Source: Lama guanicoe
Lineage: Eukaryota
Assembly (NCBI GenBank): GCA_013239625.1
Contig: MU056000.1
Span: 1,116,001-1,180,000 of the forward strand
Length of the DNA stretch: 64,000 nucleotides
Direction: 5' to 3'
Part shown: piece by piece, positions 13,216 through 25,854 of the stretch
How the letters are laid out: each line of letters opens with the position of its first letter
Numbering within the stretch: the first letter of the stretch is position 1
Notes under the pieces: model-generated
The model's input: the letters and a program-made list of their open reading frames with translations, nothing else
Databases searched by the model: none
Told to the model about the DNA's origin: nothing
Made by a program: the position numbers and the translations under genes

Positions 13216-14589
13216 GAGTGGTCTGTCCCAGCTCCAGAAAGCCCTGAGGCCGAAGAGGGGCCGCCCCAGCCCTTGTGCTTGAGGGGGACCCAGCCGTGGA
13301 CACACAGCTGCCCACCCTGGCCACCCAGCACTGTGTGTGTGCCTCACCCTCTCCTGGGTGACGTCTCTCACTGTTTCCCGTTGGGTATTGTGGATTTCCT
13401 AGGGGACAATCCTATCTCTTTATATAATGAGTTTCCACTCTGCTTTTCCAGTATTTTATCTCTTGTTGGCTCTCCGTCTGCTTCTCTTTTTTTGGTGGGG
13501 CTGTTGGAAGAGCAGATAACTTACATCCTCCTGGGACCTGTAGCCACGAATGGGGCGGCGGGGGGGGAGTCAGAATGTTCATTAATGACCGCATAACCTT
13601 TTAAAAGCCCATTCTCCAGTGTGGTGTCTGGAACCTGGATAAACGTTTTGAGTCTGAAGCTGGAGGAAACTCACACAGCTCTTCAGAGCTGCAGGGTCTT
13701 AGAGAAACAAGCGATTTCCTAACATTAAGGAAATGTTCTGTGTGCTTTGAACGTGGGTTCTCGTCATCGCAGTAGTGACGGGAAGCCGTGTCCTCGCTGC
13801 CGACCCCCACACGCAGGACCCGCAGGGGTGCTCGGATGCACTGCATTGTATTAAATGTCCGTGGGGGCCCGAGCCTGCCCAGTCTCACCAGACGGGTGCT
13901 GACTCCACTGTAAACAAACGGGAAGTGTTTAAGGCGGTGTTAGCTGAAAGTCAGTCACGCCGCTACAAACCCCGTGTCAGGCCGAGGTGTCCACTGTCTC
14001 CTAGAACGGCCTTGAATGGCCATGGGAAGTCTGAGCCCTCGCTCCACTGGTTTCTTGCACATCTTCCCACGAGGCGCTGTCCTTGGTGGCCCCCAGGCCG
14101 TTCCCCCGCCCCGCCTGGCAGGTGCTGGACGCCGGGAGAGGAGCAGATGGACGGTAGGAATTGTGGTCTCCCACGATGGGAGCCGTTACTGCAGTCCCCA
14201 AGGAGGCAGGACAGTCCACTCTCCACTCCCCCAGTTCCCTTAGCTTGGCGTTCGCATCTTCTGAGGCTTTGACCTGAAACCATTGTCCAGCTTCCCTGGA
14301 CTGGCCCCGCCCCGGCCATCCTGGGCTGAGGGGTCTGTGGGAAGAGAGGGCCCGTTGGTGAACAGACAGCACTGCAGTGTCGAGTGAGCAGTATTTGCAC
14401 ACGCGTGTGCACACACACTGTGAGTCTCACTTCAGCCCGGGAGGGGAGCAGGTGAGCGGTCACCCCCAGGCACAGGTGGGGAAATTGGCCGGCTCGTTCA
14501 AGATGACTTAGCTGGGAGCAGGACCTTGTCCCTGGAGCCGGGGTGGCCGCAAGTCCTTCAAGGACAGGCTCCTCCTTGTCAGTCTGTCC

Positions 14590-14764
14590 CACAGTAACCC
14601 CACTGCGCAAGCAGGTGAGGGGCGTGGAGGCACTCAGGGATGGGTGGCCCCTTGAGGCCTCCTGGTTCCTCTGCACACGTGCCCAGGACCCTGGCAAAAG
14701 CCCTGCTAGGCTTGGAGGGCCAGGCAGCATCCACGGGTTCCCATCGCTGGGCATGAGTTACATT
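14590..14764 (-). pseudogene. Relic exon with degenerate Walker-A-like motif
   Basis: NSCPAMGTRGCCLAL vs GREB1 [15 protein letters not shown], right after an ag acceptor. Donor uncertain. Confidence 0.5.
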
Positions 14765-15407
14765 CTTTTCGAAAATAAATAACACCCAATTTGCACGTGC
14801 AGGCGGCGTGTCCTGTGGGCAAGTTGCTCCAGCCTCGTCGTGCTGGGTAGCACAGTCCTTTGGCCTTGGAGTGGGGAGGACTCGGGGGGCAGCTGCTGTG
14901 AGCGTCCCACACGTTCTGGGTCACCCTTTGGCCTGACCATCTGTCTTCTGGAGAGGCCATCTGTGAGGGCCGCCGCGTGCGGGAGACACACCGCAGGGCT
15001 GGTCTCCGCCGGGGGGGACGGAGGGACACACGGACCAGAGCTGGAGCACGTTCGGGCTGGCTGACCTCGGAGGAAGTGGGGAAGCTTGTTTGATTTTCAG
15101 GGGAAAGGAATTCCACAGGGGAAGGAGTCGGGACTTCGGTAGTCGGCAATATCAGCTCTAAAAATGCAATTTCCGGATTAATAACAAAGGCTGTTCTCGC
15201 CCGCTCGCTCCTGCACGGCGCGCTCCGACCACAGAGCATATTGTGCCCCGCGGCCCCGGCGCAGGCACGGCTTCGCCGTCCTCCCCGCGTACCGGGCCCC
15301 CTGGAAATGAGAAACGCGCCTCGGCCGGCCGGCCGCGGTTAAATATTAAAGCTTGTAACTGCAATATTTGTGCGTCTGCGTATTGCATTACGGTGGAGAA
15401 GAACTCA

Positions 15408-15456
15408 CAGGAAAGATTGTTGTTTTCTGAAACCTCCAATATCCAAGCCGCTGTGA
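15408..15456 (-). pseudogene. Relic short exon
   Basis: ag|..|gtgagt. LDIGGFRKQQSFL vs GREB1 [13 protein letters not shown]. Confidence 0.55.
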
Positions 15457-16729
15457 CCTATTTTGTCCTGCTCAGAGGGTGTTGGCATCAAGGACCCGTT
15501 CAGACATAGAACAAAATGTATCGACCACCCGCGTGCACATATACACAACACGTACGTATGTCTGTTATGCACGTTTGTCTGTTGACACACAGACACATGT
15601 ACACCTGTGCATGTGTTTTTACACATGCTCCAAAGTACTGATTAACGTGCTAAATACCATGTGTGATTTTAGACTGTTTCCCCATCAGGCTGCTTCAGGA
15701 AGGGGAGCAGGTAGGCCTCCATTTAAAACAGACTCATCCGTTCCCTGGTCAAGAAGTTCTTCTTTAGGAGGAACCCAAACGCCAAAGGGAAAGGCTAGAG
15801 TCAGCGAAGGTGCGCGACACCCCCTGTGTGCTGCTCCAGCTCACCCACCGGCCCTGGGGTGGAAAAGAAGGAAACGTTACATGTTAAGGGTTAAAAATTA
15901 GACACAGCAAGCAAACTGAGAGCTAAGGAAAGAGGGACCAGGACGTCAGGGGGACGGTAATACAGCCTGTAGTTTACACGGAAGGATTCTTGGAATCTCG
16001 AAACGAAGACTAACATTCAAACCGCTAAAATGGCTCTAGTACTGAGTGGACAAACGAGCCTCTAGTTCTAAAACGACAAAATACGTGCAGTGCTCATCGT
16101 GGCCACTGTCCGTCAGCAGAGCGAACAGGGTGGGCACACGGTCCGCACCTCCCCTGGCTCCCAGCCGGGTCTAGCTCACGGATTCATAAACACCACTTGT
16201 TTTGAAAATGACTATATTGTGAATTAAACCTAAGTCCCTTGATGGGAAACACTGCAAACTCGGAGTTTCATGGTGACCTGAAGCAAACCCCCAAAATGCT
16301 GCAGCGCACAGGCCATCGCGCTCGGACCCTGCCTCCGCCGGCCCGACGCTCGGGGCAGGGCTGTGCCGTCTGGGCAGGGCCACTCATCCGTGGAGGCCAC
16401 AGCGGGTGTCCGCGAGGGCCCAGGAGAAAGAAGGTCCGGCTGGGGCCTGCCCACCTCTCCCAGGGGAAGGGTGCGCCATTTCTGTCCAAGAATCATGCTG
16501 ACCTCGATCCTGGCTCTGTCCTGCTGTCAGACTGTGTCCTGTAAGCTTCAACTGCAGGACGTCCAAATCCAGGGACAGTCCTGCAGTCGTGGTTCTGGTC
16601 ACAGGTGATGGTCCTGAGAGGTCGCAGGCAGTGGATGAGGGCTGAGAGTGGTCAGAGGCCAGTGCCAAGGGCAACGGTGTGGGTGACGATTGTCGGTGAA
16701 GGTCACGGTTGATGGTCATGGCACCTGTG

Positions 16730-17020
16730 GCAAAGGTCATGAGGATGCCTTCGGGGAAAAGCGCGCCGTGCGGGGATGCGGCGCCGTCATCTGGCTCATG
16801 GGTGGACCTTGGTTCCGTCCAGGAGCAGCTCGCTGGTGCAGCGTCTCAGACTGAACCGTGAGGGGGCACGTGCGAGGCGGGGGCCTGAAGGGGCCTGTGT
16901 GCAGCTGAGGCATGAGTGAGCCTGACCCCAAAGAAGAATGATAGACAGTTCGAGCAACTAAGTTAAATCCAGAAAAACATGTGGCTGTGGCTGTGAACGT
17001 TTGCTGCTGTTCTGTGGTTT
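16730..17020 (-). pseudogene. Relic exon
   Basis: ttctccacag acceptor. LVARTVYHSS..GPFRPPPRTCPLTVQSETLHQR vs GREB1 FLPKLVYDMV..SSFRPLLSKTMTSTEQSLYYR. Donor uncertain. Confidence 0.6.
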
Positions 17021-17791
17021 CTGTGGAGAAATTCAGGGGGACAGACTGGGAGGTGGGTCCTGGTAGGACATTCAGGGAAACGTAGCCTGCGGTCACCACT
17101 GAGCCTGAAGCAGAGCAAGCGTCCGCGTCTAAACGGGATGGGATGACCCTCAGAAGCCATCAGAGGCAGTCTGGCTGGTGTCCCCCGTGGAGGGCGGCTT
17201 CTCCGGAGGGGACGCGAGGAGGCTGGGCCTGCCTCTGCTTTTCCCAGCGGGCAGGCAGCTCAATGGAGAAACTCACGCTCTTAAAACCAGCTCCCCAGGA
17301 AGGATGGAGATGCAGCCAGTGTCCTTGACTGTGGGTCCATCTGGACGTGTGAGTCCTGACCATGTGTCCTTTGTAAACACCCCGTCTGGCGGGTACTTTC
17401 AGGTCTCCTTGAAGTCACCTGTCACACCGGCACACACAGAGGTGGCTCTGTCCCTGGTCCCCTCCCGTACAGACCTTACAGCTGGTCCCCGGTTCTTCAG
17501 AAACAGTATCGTGAAGTCACGTATTCACATTTTAATAGTTTGAGGTATCTTGGCGATGGATTGAATCACAGGATAAAATAGAAGTGCATTTTCTGTTTTC
17601 TGAAACGTGTTCGGTCTGTATTTTCCTCTCCAAATTCCGGGACCCTGTAAAGTTTTAACATAAAGTAAGGACTTCTTGAATATGACCGTGTGCAGATGTT
17701 TCCCTCATGCCCTGCAGCCTGTCCCTTCACAGCCTTCCACGGTAGCATCGCAGAGAAGGCGGTTTTGCTGAAAATCTCCAGACGAACTCAC

Positions 17792-17963
17792 CCTCGTGCT
17801 GAGGTCATGATGGGAGACGCCCACCTCCAGCTGATGCTGCGGGAAGGGAGGTAGCGCTGAGAGGCAAGAGAAGCTCCGATGCGTGTGGCTCCGGTCCCGC
17901 ATCCACGTGGTTGCGCCGGCGGGCGCACCAGCTGATTTCACAGCTGTTGTGTTTGCTGCTGAC
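17792..17963 (-). pseudogene. Candidate relic exon (low-complexity linker)
   Basis: gtttcag|..|gtgagt boundaries; lies between two GREB1-matching exons. No motif match of its own. Confidence 0.5.
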
Positions 17964-18591
17964 CTGAAACCCAAGCGGATGGACGCGTGAAAGCAAGCAA
18001 AGAACTTCAAAAGGATTTTACAAAATGATGTGTGTGAATCTCGGGATGAAATCTGCTGGACTGGAACCCAGACGCATTCTACAAGCTTGTGGGCCAGAAA
18101 GTGAACTTCAGAAGAGCAGAAACAAAACCAAACAGGTAAAGAGCAGAATAGGCATTTCTTTAAAGCGCTATGCCTAAGCCACACAGCATTCACTCTGGGG
18201 GTCATTTCACTCATGGAGACGGTGCTGCGAGGGGCCCCAGGCGCCAGTGCTGATGCTGGCCCCGGCGGGTATTTCTGCCTCCACACGTGCTCATGTGTGG
18301 GCTGTGAGCCCGTCTCGCACGGGTGGGGAGCGGGGACCACGACGAGTGCTGGCTGTCTCTTGTGTTTGTTTTAATGAGGAAAAAGGAGCAGATTCGGTCT
18401 AATGACTGACAACTTGGGCTGACACCGAGCAGGTCCCTGTGTGGCCTCCTGGGGCCAGACCCCACATCTGAGCCCTTGTCTGTAAAAAGCTTTAGTCTCC
18501 GAGGCCTTCCCTGGGTTCCCAGGGGCAAATTTAATCAGGGAAGTGAGAAAATGCAGAGAGAAAGGAGAACAGTCAAACAAGGCAAAATAAC

Positions 18592-18680
18592 CATAGTTCA
18601 GCCACTAAGCAAAGTCGAGGGCCTTCAGCTCCTCCTCAAGGGCTGTGAGTAATGCTCTAAGCCTCGTCCTTCGAGCTGTT
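18592..18680 (-). pseudogene. Relic exon
   Basis: ctctgcag acceptor, phase-continuous with the upstream exon. TARRTRLRALLTALEEELKALDF vs GREB1 SLRYCDLRL..VRTALEQELGLAAYF. Confidence 0.65.
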
Positions 18681-19270
18681 CTGCAGAGGCCAAAACCCCC
18701 ACCTGGTGGAATAAGATTACGCATGCTGCCCCCCAGCTCTGCACCTGCCTCTGTGGGCATCCCCACCGTCCCGGAGACAGCGGAGGACACTGCTCGCCCA
18801 CGCTAGACGCAGACAGCGGTGTGGCCAGTTCAAGGTGCTCAAGACAGGTGCACTTGCCAGGGGCTCTCACTGCGGCCAAACGACCGTCCCTCAGCCCCTC
18901 GGAAGCTGACTCGTGTCATGGCGGCGCCTGCTGGGTACAGTGCCTTGACCACTATCGTGCTTTCTCCCCACAGCCTTTGTGGGGAGAACACTGCAGGTTC
19001 ATCTGGGGTTGGGTTTGTGACTCGGCTGCTGTCGGGGAAAGTGAAAGCCAGTAGCTTTCCGTGGTGTAAGTATTCTGTGATTTCAGATCACCTTGGAAAG
19101 CCTCTTCCGCCCTGTGGGGGAAGGACTACGCGCGTGAGCTAGCGTGGAGACAGCACCCCTCTTCTGTTGAACCGTTTGCTCGTAGCTCTCTTGTGTACAG
19201 AGCATTTCAAGGAAACTAGGGGTAAGTCCTATTCCTAAGGTCAAAACTGCAGCAGCAGACGGTGTTTTAC

Positions 19271-19549
19271 TTCTCCAGGGCCGTCCTGAGACTAGTTAAA
19301 GACGCTCTGCCCCAGCGTGTTCCACGCTGTCCCCAGCCCCTGCGCAGGTCCTCCGACTCCGAGTGGTGGGCAATGGGACTGCTGCAGGGCTGGATGGGCA
19401 GCCTCGTCCAGCTTCCCGGGCCTTCCGCAAGCGCTTGCTCTGAACGGGATGCTGCCCGTGCTGGGGGTGCAGATGCCTTCATGTTCCCAGAACCGATGGT
19501 CTACACGGGGGATGACGGTGGCCAGTCCTTGATGTGAAAACTTATCTGC
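19271..19549 (-). pseudogene. Relic 279-nt exon
   Basis: ttttgtcctacctag|..|gtaaaa; length divisible by 3. IKDWPP vs GREB1 DVEWRP. One in-frame TAG. Confidence 0.55.
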
Positions 19550-19774
19550 CTAGGTAGGACAAAATAAGCCCTTTGTGGCTTTCTCTGCCATCATGGAACG
19601 CATCAAAGTCACAGCTTCCCCACGCTCACGGGCTGCTGTGTGTGAACCGTTGCACCAGCATCCATCACGCACTTTGATGACCCGCCGTGTGGGGCCTGCT
19701 TCAGCATCTCTGGAGAGAGGTGGTGGGGACCATGGATTCTGGGTCAAGGTCCTGGTAACAGCCACATCATGTCT

Positions 19775-20198
19775 CTGATGGCCCATTTATGTGTTCACGT
19801 GGCTGGGCCACGGTGCCCAGATGGGTTAAGCATTTTTCTGGATGTTTCTGTGAAGTTGGTTTTTGGGTGAGGTTAACATTTAAATTGGTGGACGGAGTGA
19901 GCAGGTTGCCCTCTCTGATGTGGGTGGGTCTTGTCCACTCAGCTGAAGAGCTGGATAGAAGTGGGAAGGGGAATTGTAGGCTGACCTCCCCTGAGCAGGA
20001 GGGACCTGTCAGCAGAGGGCTGTGGACTCAACTTGCAGCTCTTCCGCGAGCCTCCAGCCTGCTGGCCTCTCCAGCAGGCTTCGGGGCCTCTGAGTCTCCG
20101 TAATTGTGCGAGCCATTCTTTAAAATAAATCTCTCCCTCTCTCTATACACACATATGTTTACATCCTGTTGGTTTGTCCGGAGAACCTTCACTAATAT
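19775..20198 (+). mobile_element. ERVL LTR (MLT2B-like)
   Basis: ggctgggccacggtgcccagat, gaggttaacatttaaattgg, aaataaatctctc..catcctgttggttt. Confidence 0.8.
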
Positions 20199-20349
20199 CC
20201 AACCTTACTCATAAACGTCATAATCTCTCTTGAAAAGAGTTGGGTAATTGGCCCCGGACCACACAGCCAGTGAAGGACCTGGACCCCGTCACACCTGTCT
20301 GTCTGGCTTTAAACTCACCACCTGGCAGCAGAGGTGGAATGGAGCAGAC

Positions 20350-20545
20350 CGTGTTCTGAGCACCATGCCCGGCAATCCCGTGTGATCCTCATGAGGCTCC
20401 TTGGAGGGGCTACCCTCATCACTCCAGCTTACAGATGAGGAGACAGAGGCACAGAAAGGTTAGGCAACCTGCCTAAGGTCACACAGCTAGTTAGCAGAGC
20501 TCAGATTTGAATCCAAGCCATCTACCCCCAGAGCCCCTCTTGCTC
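20350..20545 (-). mobile_element. MIR SINE
   Basis: ttacagatgaggagacagaggcacagaaaggttaggcaacctgcctaaggtcacacagct core. Confidence 0.85.
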
Positions 20546-20974
20546 CTACCTCTACACGTCGGCATCCTCTGCAGTCTTCCTCTCTCCTTGGGGAGACGCG
20601 TGGTAGAATCAGCGGACTTTGTAATATTGTAGGGGGCACTGTCTGCCTGTGTGGTCGTGGCGCTCCTGCTTCCTCTCAGAAGTGCCTGGTCCTCTGTGGG
20701 CTGTTCCCACGTGTTACAGAGGGAACTCAGACACGAGCCCCACGAGGGCGGCTGCTGAACGAGCCCTCACACACGTGTCTTCACGGGGACAGACAAGCGG
20801 GTGTCCCTGCCGCTGTGGGGGCTGGCTCTCTCCTGAGCGGTGACCAGGTGGGCAGGTGGCTGGGGGCCTGTTTCTCCTGGCAGGCGATTCTAAGCGAACT
20901 TTCTCCAATTTGAGCAATTATGAAATAATCTACCACAATTTCTGATTTGTAAAAGCACTCTCGAGTTTACCCAC

Positions 20975-21023
20975 CTCCCAAGAGGGAGAGTTTCGCTCAG
21001 ACCCAAGTGACTGAATCCAGCTC
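20975..21023 (-). pseudogene. Candidate relic 49-nt exon
   Basis: ccag|..|gtgggt. Ends in phase 2, matching the next exon. Confidence 0.4.
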
Positions 21024-21599
21024 CTGGCACCAGATTGGAGTCGTGTGTGACAGAAGGAAAACGCACCAGACGTGGCACGCTGGGCGCCCGGAACCCAGCC
21101 CCGGGCGCACGGGCCTTGCCCGCTGGAGCTTGGCTTCAAGAGAGGGAAAGACCAAAACTGCAAAACACGACACACCGAAGAGTGAAGGGGCGGCCTCGCT
21201 CCCTGCGCGGCAGAGGCTTGGGGGCGGGCAGCTGCGTCTTGGGGTGAAGGCGCGGGGCGGGTGCAGGCACCTCGTGGGCCCCGCCGGCCCTGGTGGACCG
21301 CAGCCGCCGTCCCGCCTCCTCGGCACCCATGACTCTGCCCTTCGTCTCTGCACTCAAAAAGCAAATGGCATTTATAATCTTATTAAATCTAAAACGAAGC
21401 ATACACAGTCCAGAAAATTTTCAAAGTAGGGAGAAGTCTGGCATTACAGCTGTGTTTAATTGCAGCCTCCCTGCCCCCCGCCCCTCTGTGCGGGTGACAT
21501 CGCGGACTGTCTTGGCCGCCGTTCCTGTCTGCGGAGGTAGCAGGGGGCGTGGTGGCACCGCCTTGGGCAGGGTCTCTGTCACACTCTGCGGGTTCACAG

Positions 21600-21993
21600 A
21601 CTGGGCTGGGCTGGGCTGGGCACACCACTGCGATCTGGTTTTCAAGACACACGAGGTACAATTTCCCCGGGGTGTTGCTGGCGTCATCAGCACGATGCAG
21701 CGTACGTTATGCTGTGAGCCGTTGTCACCAGTTACAGCTTCCTCCAGCGATAAAATTGCAGTATTTAAAATGTTTCTACTGTTTGTGATACTTTTCAGTG
21801 ACGCTTGTCTTCGATTAATCTTGACCCGCCTCATCAGGGTTTCACATCGGTCTTCTCGGCATGTGAGTCTGGGTGTGTACACAGGTGTCCAAGGACACCG
21901 GTTGCTCAGAGGACGCAAGATCCCTCTTTTCTCTTTGCCTCCCTCCCAGCCCAAGACCTCCCTTCCCTCCTTTCACGTGTTCACGTTGGATTC
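21600..21993 (-). pseudogene. Relic exon
   Basis: ASLKSITNSRNILNT..RCIVLMTPATP (ORF 21421..21954) vs GREB1 TSVETLEITQNLLNS..MVLLRVPCSP. Donor uncertain. Confidence 0.55.
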
Positions 21994-22254
21994 CTGAATC
22001 GCTGCGTGGGCTGTCTCCCTGATAAACAGGCTCAAGCCCCACCTAGAAGGCGGTCAGGACCCTCCACGCCCCTCCGGCAGCGCCGCCCCGTCCTGCACCG
22101 CGGCCCCTGCTGCCCTCCGTGCCTGGTCCTCTGTGGACCTGCTTGTTCACACCTCTCGTGCTGTGTTCTGCCGGCTCGTTTGCAGTCTGTCTTCCCCACA
22201 CCCTTAGGCCTTTCTTTGCAGTTGGGACTGCTTTTTCCCTTTTACTGAAGTATT

Positions 22255-22660
22255 TATAAAACTTGTTATTGTTGAAGTATCTGTAATGTGGGGTTAGTTC
22301 CAGGTGCACAGCACAGTGGCTCAGTGTTTTTGGCGATTACACTCCATTGCACGTTATCACAGGACAGTGGGTATAATTCCCTGTGTGGCACAGTGTGTTC
22401 TTTTTTTAAGCTTTTTTTTTTGTAGGAGGGGATATTTGATTATCTTTTTAATGGCGGTACTGGGGACTGAACCCAGGACCTCGTACATGCTTGGCACACG
22501 CTCTCGCTCTGAGCTATGCCTCCGCCTCCGAGTCCATTCTTGTTGCTTGTCGATTCCGTGTACACCGTGTGTGTATGTTAATCCCACTCCCCTAATTTAA
22601 CTTGTGCCCCCCCCCCCCGGTAACCTCTGGTTTGCTTTCTGTCTGTGAGTCTGTTTCTGT
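22255..22660 (-). mobile_element. L1 3' UTR fragment interrupted by a SINE
   Basis: ttattgttgaagtat..tataattccctgtg | ttgttgcttgtc..ggtaacctctggtttgctttctgtctgtgagtctgtttc. Confidence 0.75.
22405..22525 (-). mobile_element. tRNA-derived SINE (camelid-type)
   Basis: Reverse complement ggaggcatagctcagagcgagagcgtgtgccaagcatgtacgaggtcctgggttcagtccccagtaccgcc plus A-rich tail; Pol III A/B boxes. Confidence 0.8.
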
Positions 22661-23322
22661 TTCACCCGCATCCAAGCAGAGGTCCTCAAAAAACTTCCTC
22701 ACGTGAGGGACTGACACCAAGTGCAGCCCCAGCTAAGACTGTCCCTCACCCACGTCGCCTGCGACTTCTGCCCCCTCAGGAGCCCCGCTGGGCCCAGTGA
22801 CCACCGCGGACAGCAGCCATATGTTTAAAAATTACTCTTTACCTGCTTTAAAGGTAAACGCTTACTTGGAATTTCAGCGTATGCCCTCGGGAGCCTGGGA
22901 CACGGCCTGCGGGCCGCCGGGTCTGTGTCCTGCGGCTTCAGAGAGCGCTCGGCCGTTCTGTCTCCCGCGTGCAGACCCTCCACCTCTCTGGACTCAGAAG
23001 TGCTCTGCTCTGCTTTGAGGCAGAATCCCCAGCACCTTTGCCTGCAGCTCGCGTCCGGCGTCAGGGAGCTGAGCGTGCCGCCCGCCGGGCTCCCGTCTCC
23101 GTGACCCTCCGTCTGCTCGCCTCGGCGCCGGCCCCGCCTGTCAGCCAGGCTGACCCGGGGGTGCTCGCCCCAAACGCCCCTCCGTGCCCCCCGCCCCCTC
23201 TGCACTGTGGGCCGCTCCACAGGACAGGCCCCTTTAGAGGCCTCTTTGGGAGAGTTTAGATTCGTTTTCCAATTTTCTTTTAAGTCCTAGCTGTTTGAAG
23301 CAGGTGAGCAGTAAGAACTTAC

Positions 23323-23462
23323 TCAGTGTCTGCCCTTTGGCCCTGATCTCACGTCATCCAAATGCGCTGGTGTTGTCAGCATCAGTGAAGACAACAAACT
23401 GTCATCCAAGCAACTGAAAGTATTTGTATAAAGACAGCGACCCCTTCACACAGGCGGCTGAG
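23323..23462 (-). pseudogene. Relic 140-nt exon
   Basis: ctacag|..|gtaagt. QFVVFTDAD vs GREB1 LFVLIHDHA. Two in-frame TGA. Confidence 0.55.
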
Positions 23463-23486
23463 CTGTAGTTGAGACATTTTAAGTAA

Positions 23487-24220
23487 CATGCTTGCATCTT
23501 TTTGAATTAGAGTTCCCTCTGGATATATGCCCAGGAGTGGGACAGCTGGATCCCATGGTAAGTCTATTTTTAGTTTTTTGAGGAATCTCCATTCTGTTTT
23601 CCATAATGGCTGCACCAAACTGCGTTCCCGCCAGCACTGTTTTCACAGCAGCACTATTTACAGCAGCCGAGACATACAAGCAACATAAATGTCCATCGAC
23701 AGGTGACTGGGTAAAGCTGTGGTGTATTTATACAATGGAGCACTACTCAGCTGTGAAAAATATAAAATAAAGCCATTTGCAGCAACACGGATGGATCTGG
23801 AAATTGTTGTTCTCAGTGAAGTGAGCCAGAGAGAGGGAGAAAACATGCCATATGGTATCACTCATGTGGAATCTAAGAAAGAAACAAAGAAAGGAAGAAA
23901 GACAGCAATGAACTCACCTACAAAAGAGAAACAGACGCGCAGACGTAGTAAACAACCATGGTTACCGGGGGAAGGTGGTGGGAAGGGATGAATTTGGGAG
24001 TTTACGATTTGCAAATGTTAACCGTTACGTGTAAAAATAGATTAAAACAAATTTCTTCTGTGTAACACAGGGAACTATATTCGACATCTTGGCATAACCT
24101 TAATGAAAAAGAATATGAAAACAAATCTATGTATGTATGTACATGAATGACTGAGGCAGGATGCTGGACACCAGAGACTGACACATTGTAAACTGACTAG
24201 ACTTCAATTAAAAAAAGAAA
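23487..24220 (+). mobile_element. 5'-truncated L1 with 5' inversion
   Basis: 23487-23640 antisense ORF2 end ([32 protein letters not shown]); 23641-24220 sense 3' end with A tail. Confidence 0.88.
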
Positions 24221-24519
24221 GATGCGAAGGTGATGAGAAAAATGTGCAGGTGCACCCAGTCCTGCTGGTGTCAGCGCCTGCGGTGGGGACGTGCCTCTGC
24301 GTAATAACTTCCTGCCCAGAATCCCGTCCCAGCGCCCCGCAAAGCTACCCTCCTGCCTTCGAGAATCTCACCTCTTGGCTCCAGGACGCCTGTACCACCT
24401 GCCATCACGTTTGTCCTCAGGAACCCGGTGGGTGGACGGAAGGGACGGGGGCCCGGCCTGGGTCGCCGGGTTCTCATTCAGTGAAGCCAGGCAACCACGT
24501 TTTAATTTCGCTTACTTAC

Positions 24520-24583
24520 AGCCTTTCTGGGTGACTTGGTGAGACGATAAAGATCCATACAAAAGCAGCCACTTCTCTGCTAC
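24520..24583 (-). pseudogene. Relic 64-nt exon
   Basis: actttctccag|..|gtaagt, both strong splice sites. Reading frame ambiguous. Confidence 0.55.
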
Positions 24584-25854
24584 CTGGAGAAAGTGTGTTG
24601 GCCCTGGGACAGAAGGAGACTGACAGGCAGAGAAAGAGGGGACGACTGAGCTGAAAGAGGGAGGCGGCAGACCAACAGGTGCAGCCAGAAAGTGGGGGGC
24701 GAGTGCCAGACCCCCACCCGCCATGGGCTGTCGGAGAAGAGCCCGACCCGAGCTTCCAGGCCCAAGGGGCTGGGCTGGGGCTCTGTCTCTAGTAACTCAG
24801 AGGGCTGTGCAGGCCCTCAGCTTGCCGCTGGCCCCGGGGGAGGGCCCTGGAACCCGGCCAGCTGTGCCCCCGCATCAGATGTGCCAGGACGAGAGGCCGC
24901 ACCGTCCTGCGTCCTGCGGCTCTGGCTGCGGCCGGCGGTGGGGCGGGGCGGGCTCTGCTGCTCCTGCTGGCCGGCTGCTCTCCCGGGTACCCTCCCCAGG
25001 GCCGGCGGGGCCGCGGGGCTGCCCAGTGCACCGCGCAGTTCACGCCTCATGCCTCTGTGCACCCCAAGGCCCCCTGCTCTCCCACCTCTAGCAGACCTTT
25101 CCTTTTTTGGAAAGAAAGCAGACTTGCCTGGTCCGCCACTTCCCACAGGCTGCTGGCTCCCGGCTCGCACACTGACTCGTGGGCCAGCACCCTTATCTCA
25201 TGCCTTCAGCACCCTCAGCCCCCACCTGCAAGTCCTCAGGCCCACCTGGACCCCTCGAGGGCGGGGGAGCCACACTTAAAGGCAGAGGTGCCGAAATTGG
25301 CCAAGGAACAGAAACATTCCTAGCTGATGAGATGCAACTTGTGTGCATTTCTAAAGCAAACCGAGAACGTACCCCTGAAGCGCTTCCAGACCTGTGAGTG
25401 CAAAGAAAAAGCAGCCAGCCAGCCCGCGGCCCCCATTTACAGGGGTGCCTGCAGCGCCTCTGTCCCTGTCTGGGCCGCCACCCACTTACGGGGAGGGACC
25501 GAAACACCCTGGGACTCGCAGACTCCACACAAAACTTCCCTGGACTGAGAAACCTGGGCTCTTACTTCTAATAAGGCGACGGAAGTTTAGCGTCTCACAG
25601 GCCGTAACTAACGGCGGCGGTGGTGTTAACACTTCACGCAGCGATCTGCTCTTTCCAGACGTTTGTGGGGGAGACCGCCGAGCACTGCGATCTCGGGATG
25701 TGCAGCGCCAGAGGGGTCTTACTGTATACAACGATCTCGTTTCCTAAAGTGGGAAGGCTTACGCAGGGCGGCGTTAGCCACTTTGAGAATGCTGAAAAAC
25801 AAAACGGTGAAGTGGCTATTTTAAGGCCACTGTGCAGAGAAACTGCTTAAATAC

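Noticed and set aside
22440-22525. tRNA gene
   Set aside because: Degenerate tRNA-like head with an A-rich tail inserted in L1, i.e. a SINE.
23323-24583. Ty3/Gypsy RNase H-like motif (LLG.QFVVFTD)
   Set aside because: Spacing is wrong and no RT or integrase motifs are nearby. The segment fits the colinear GREB1 chain better.
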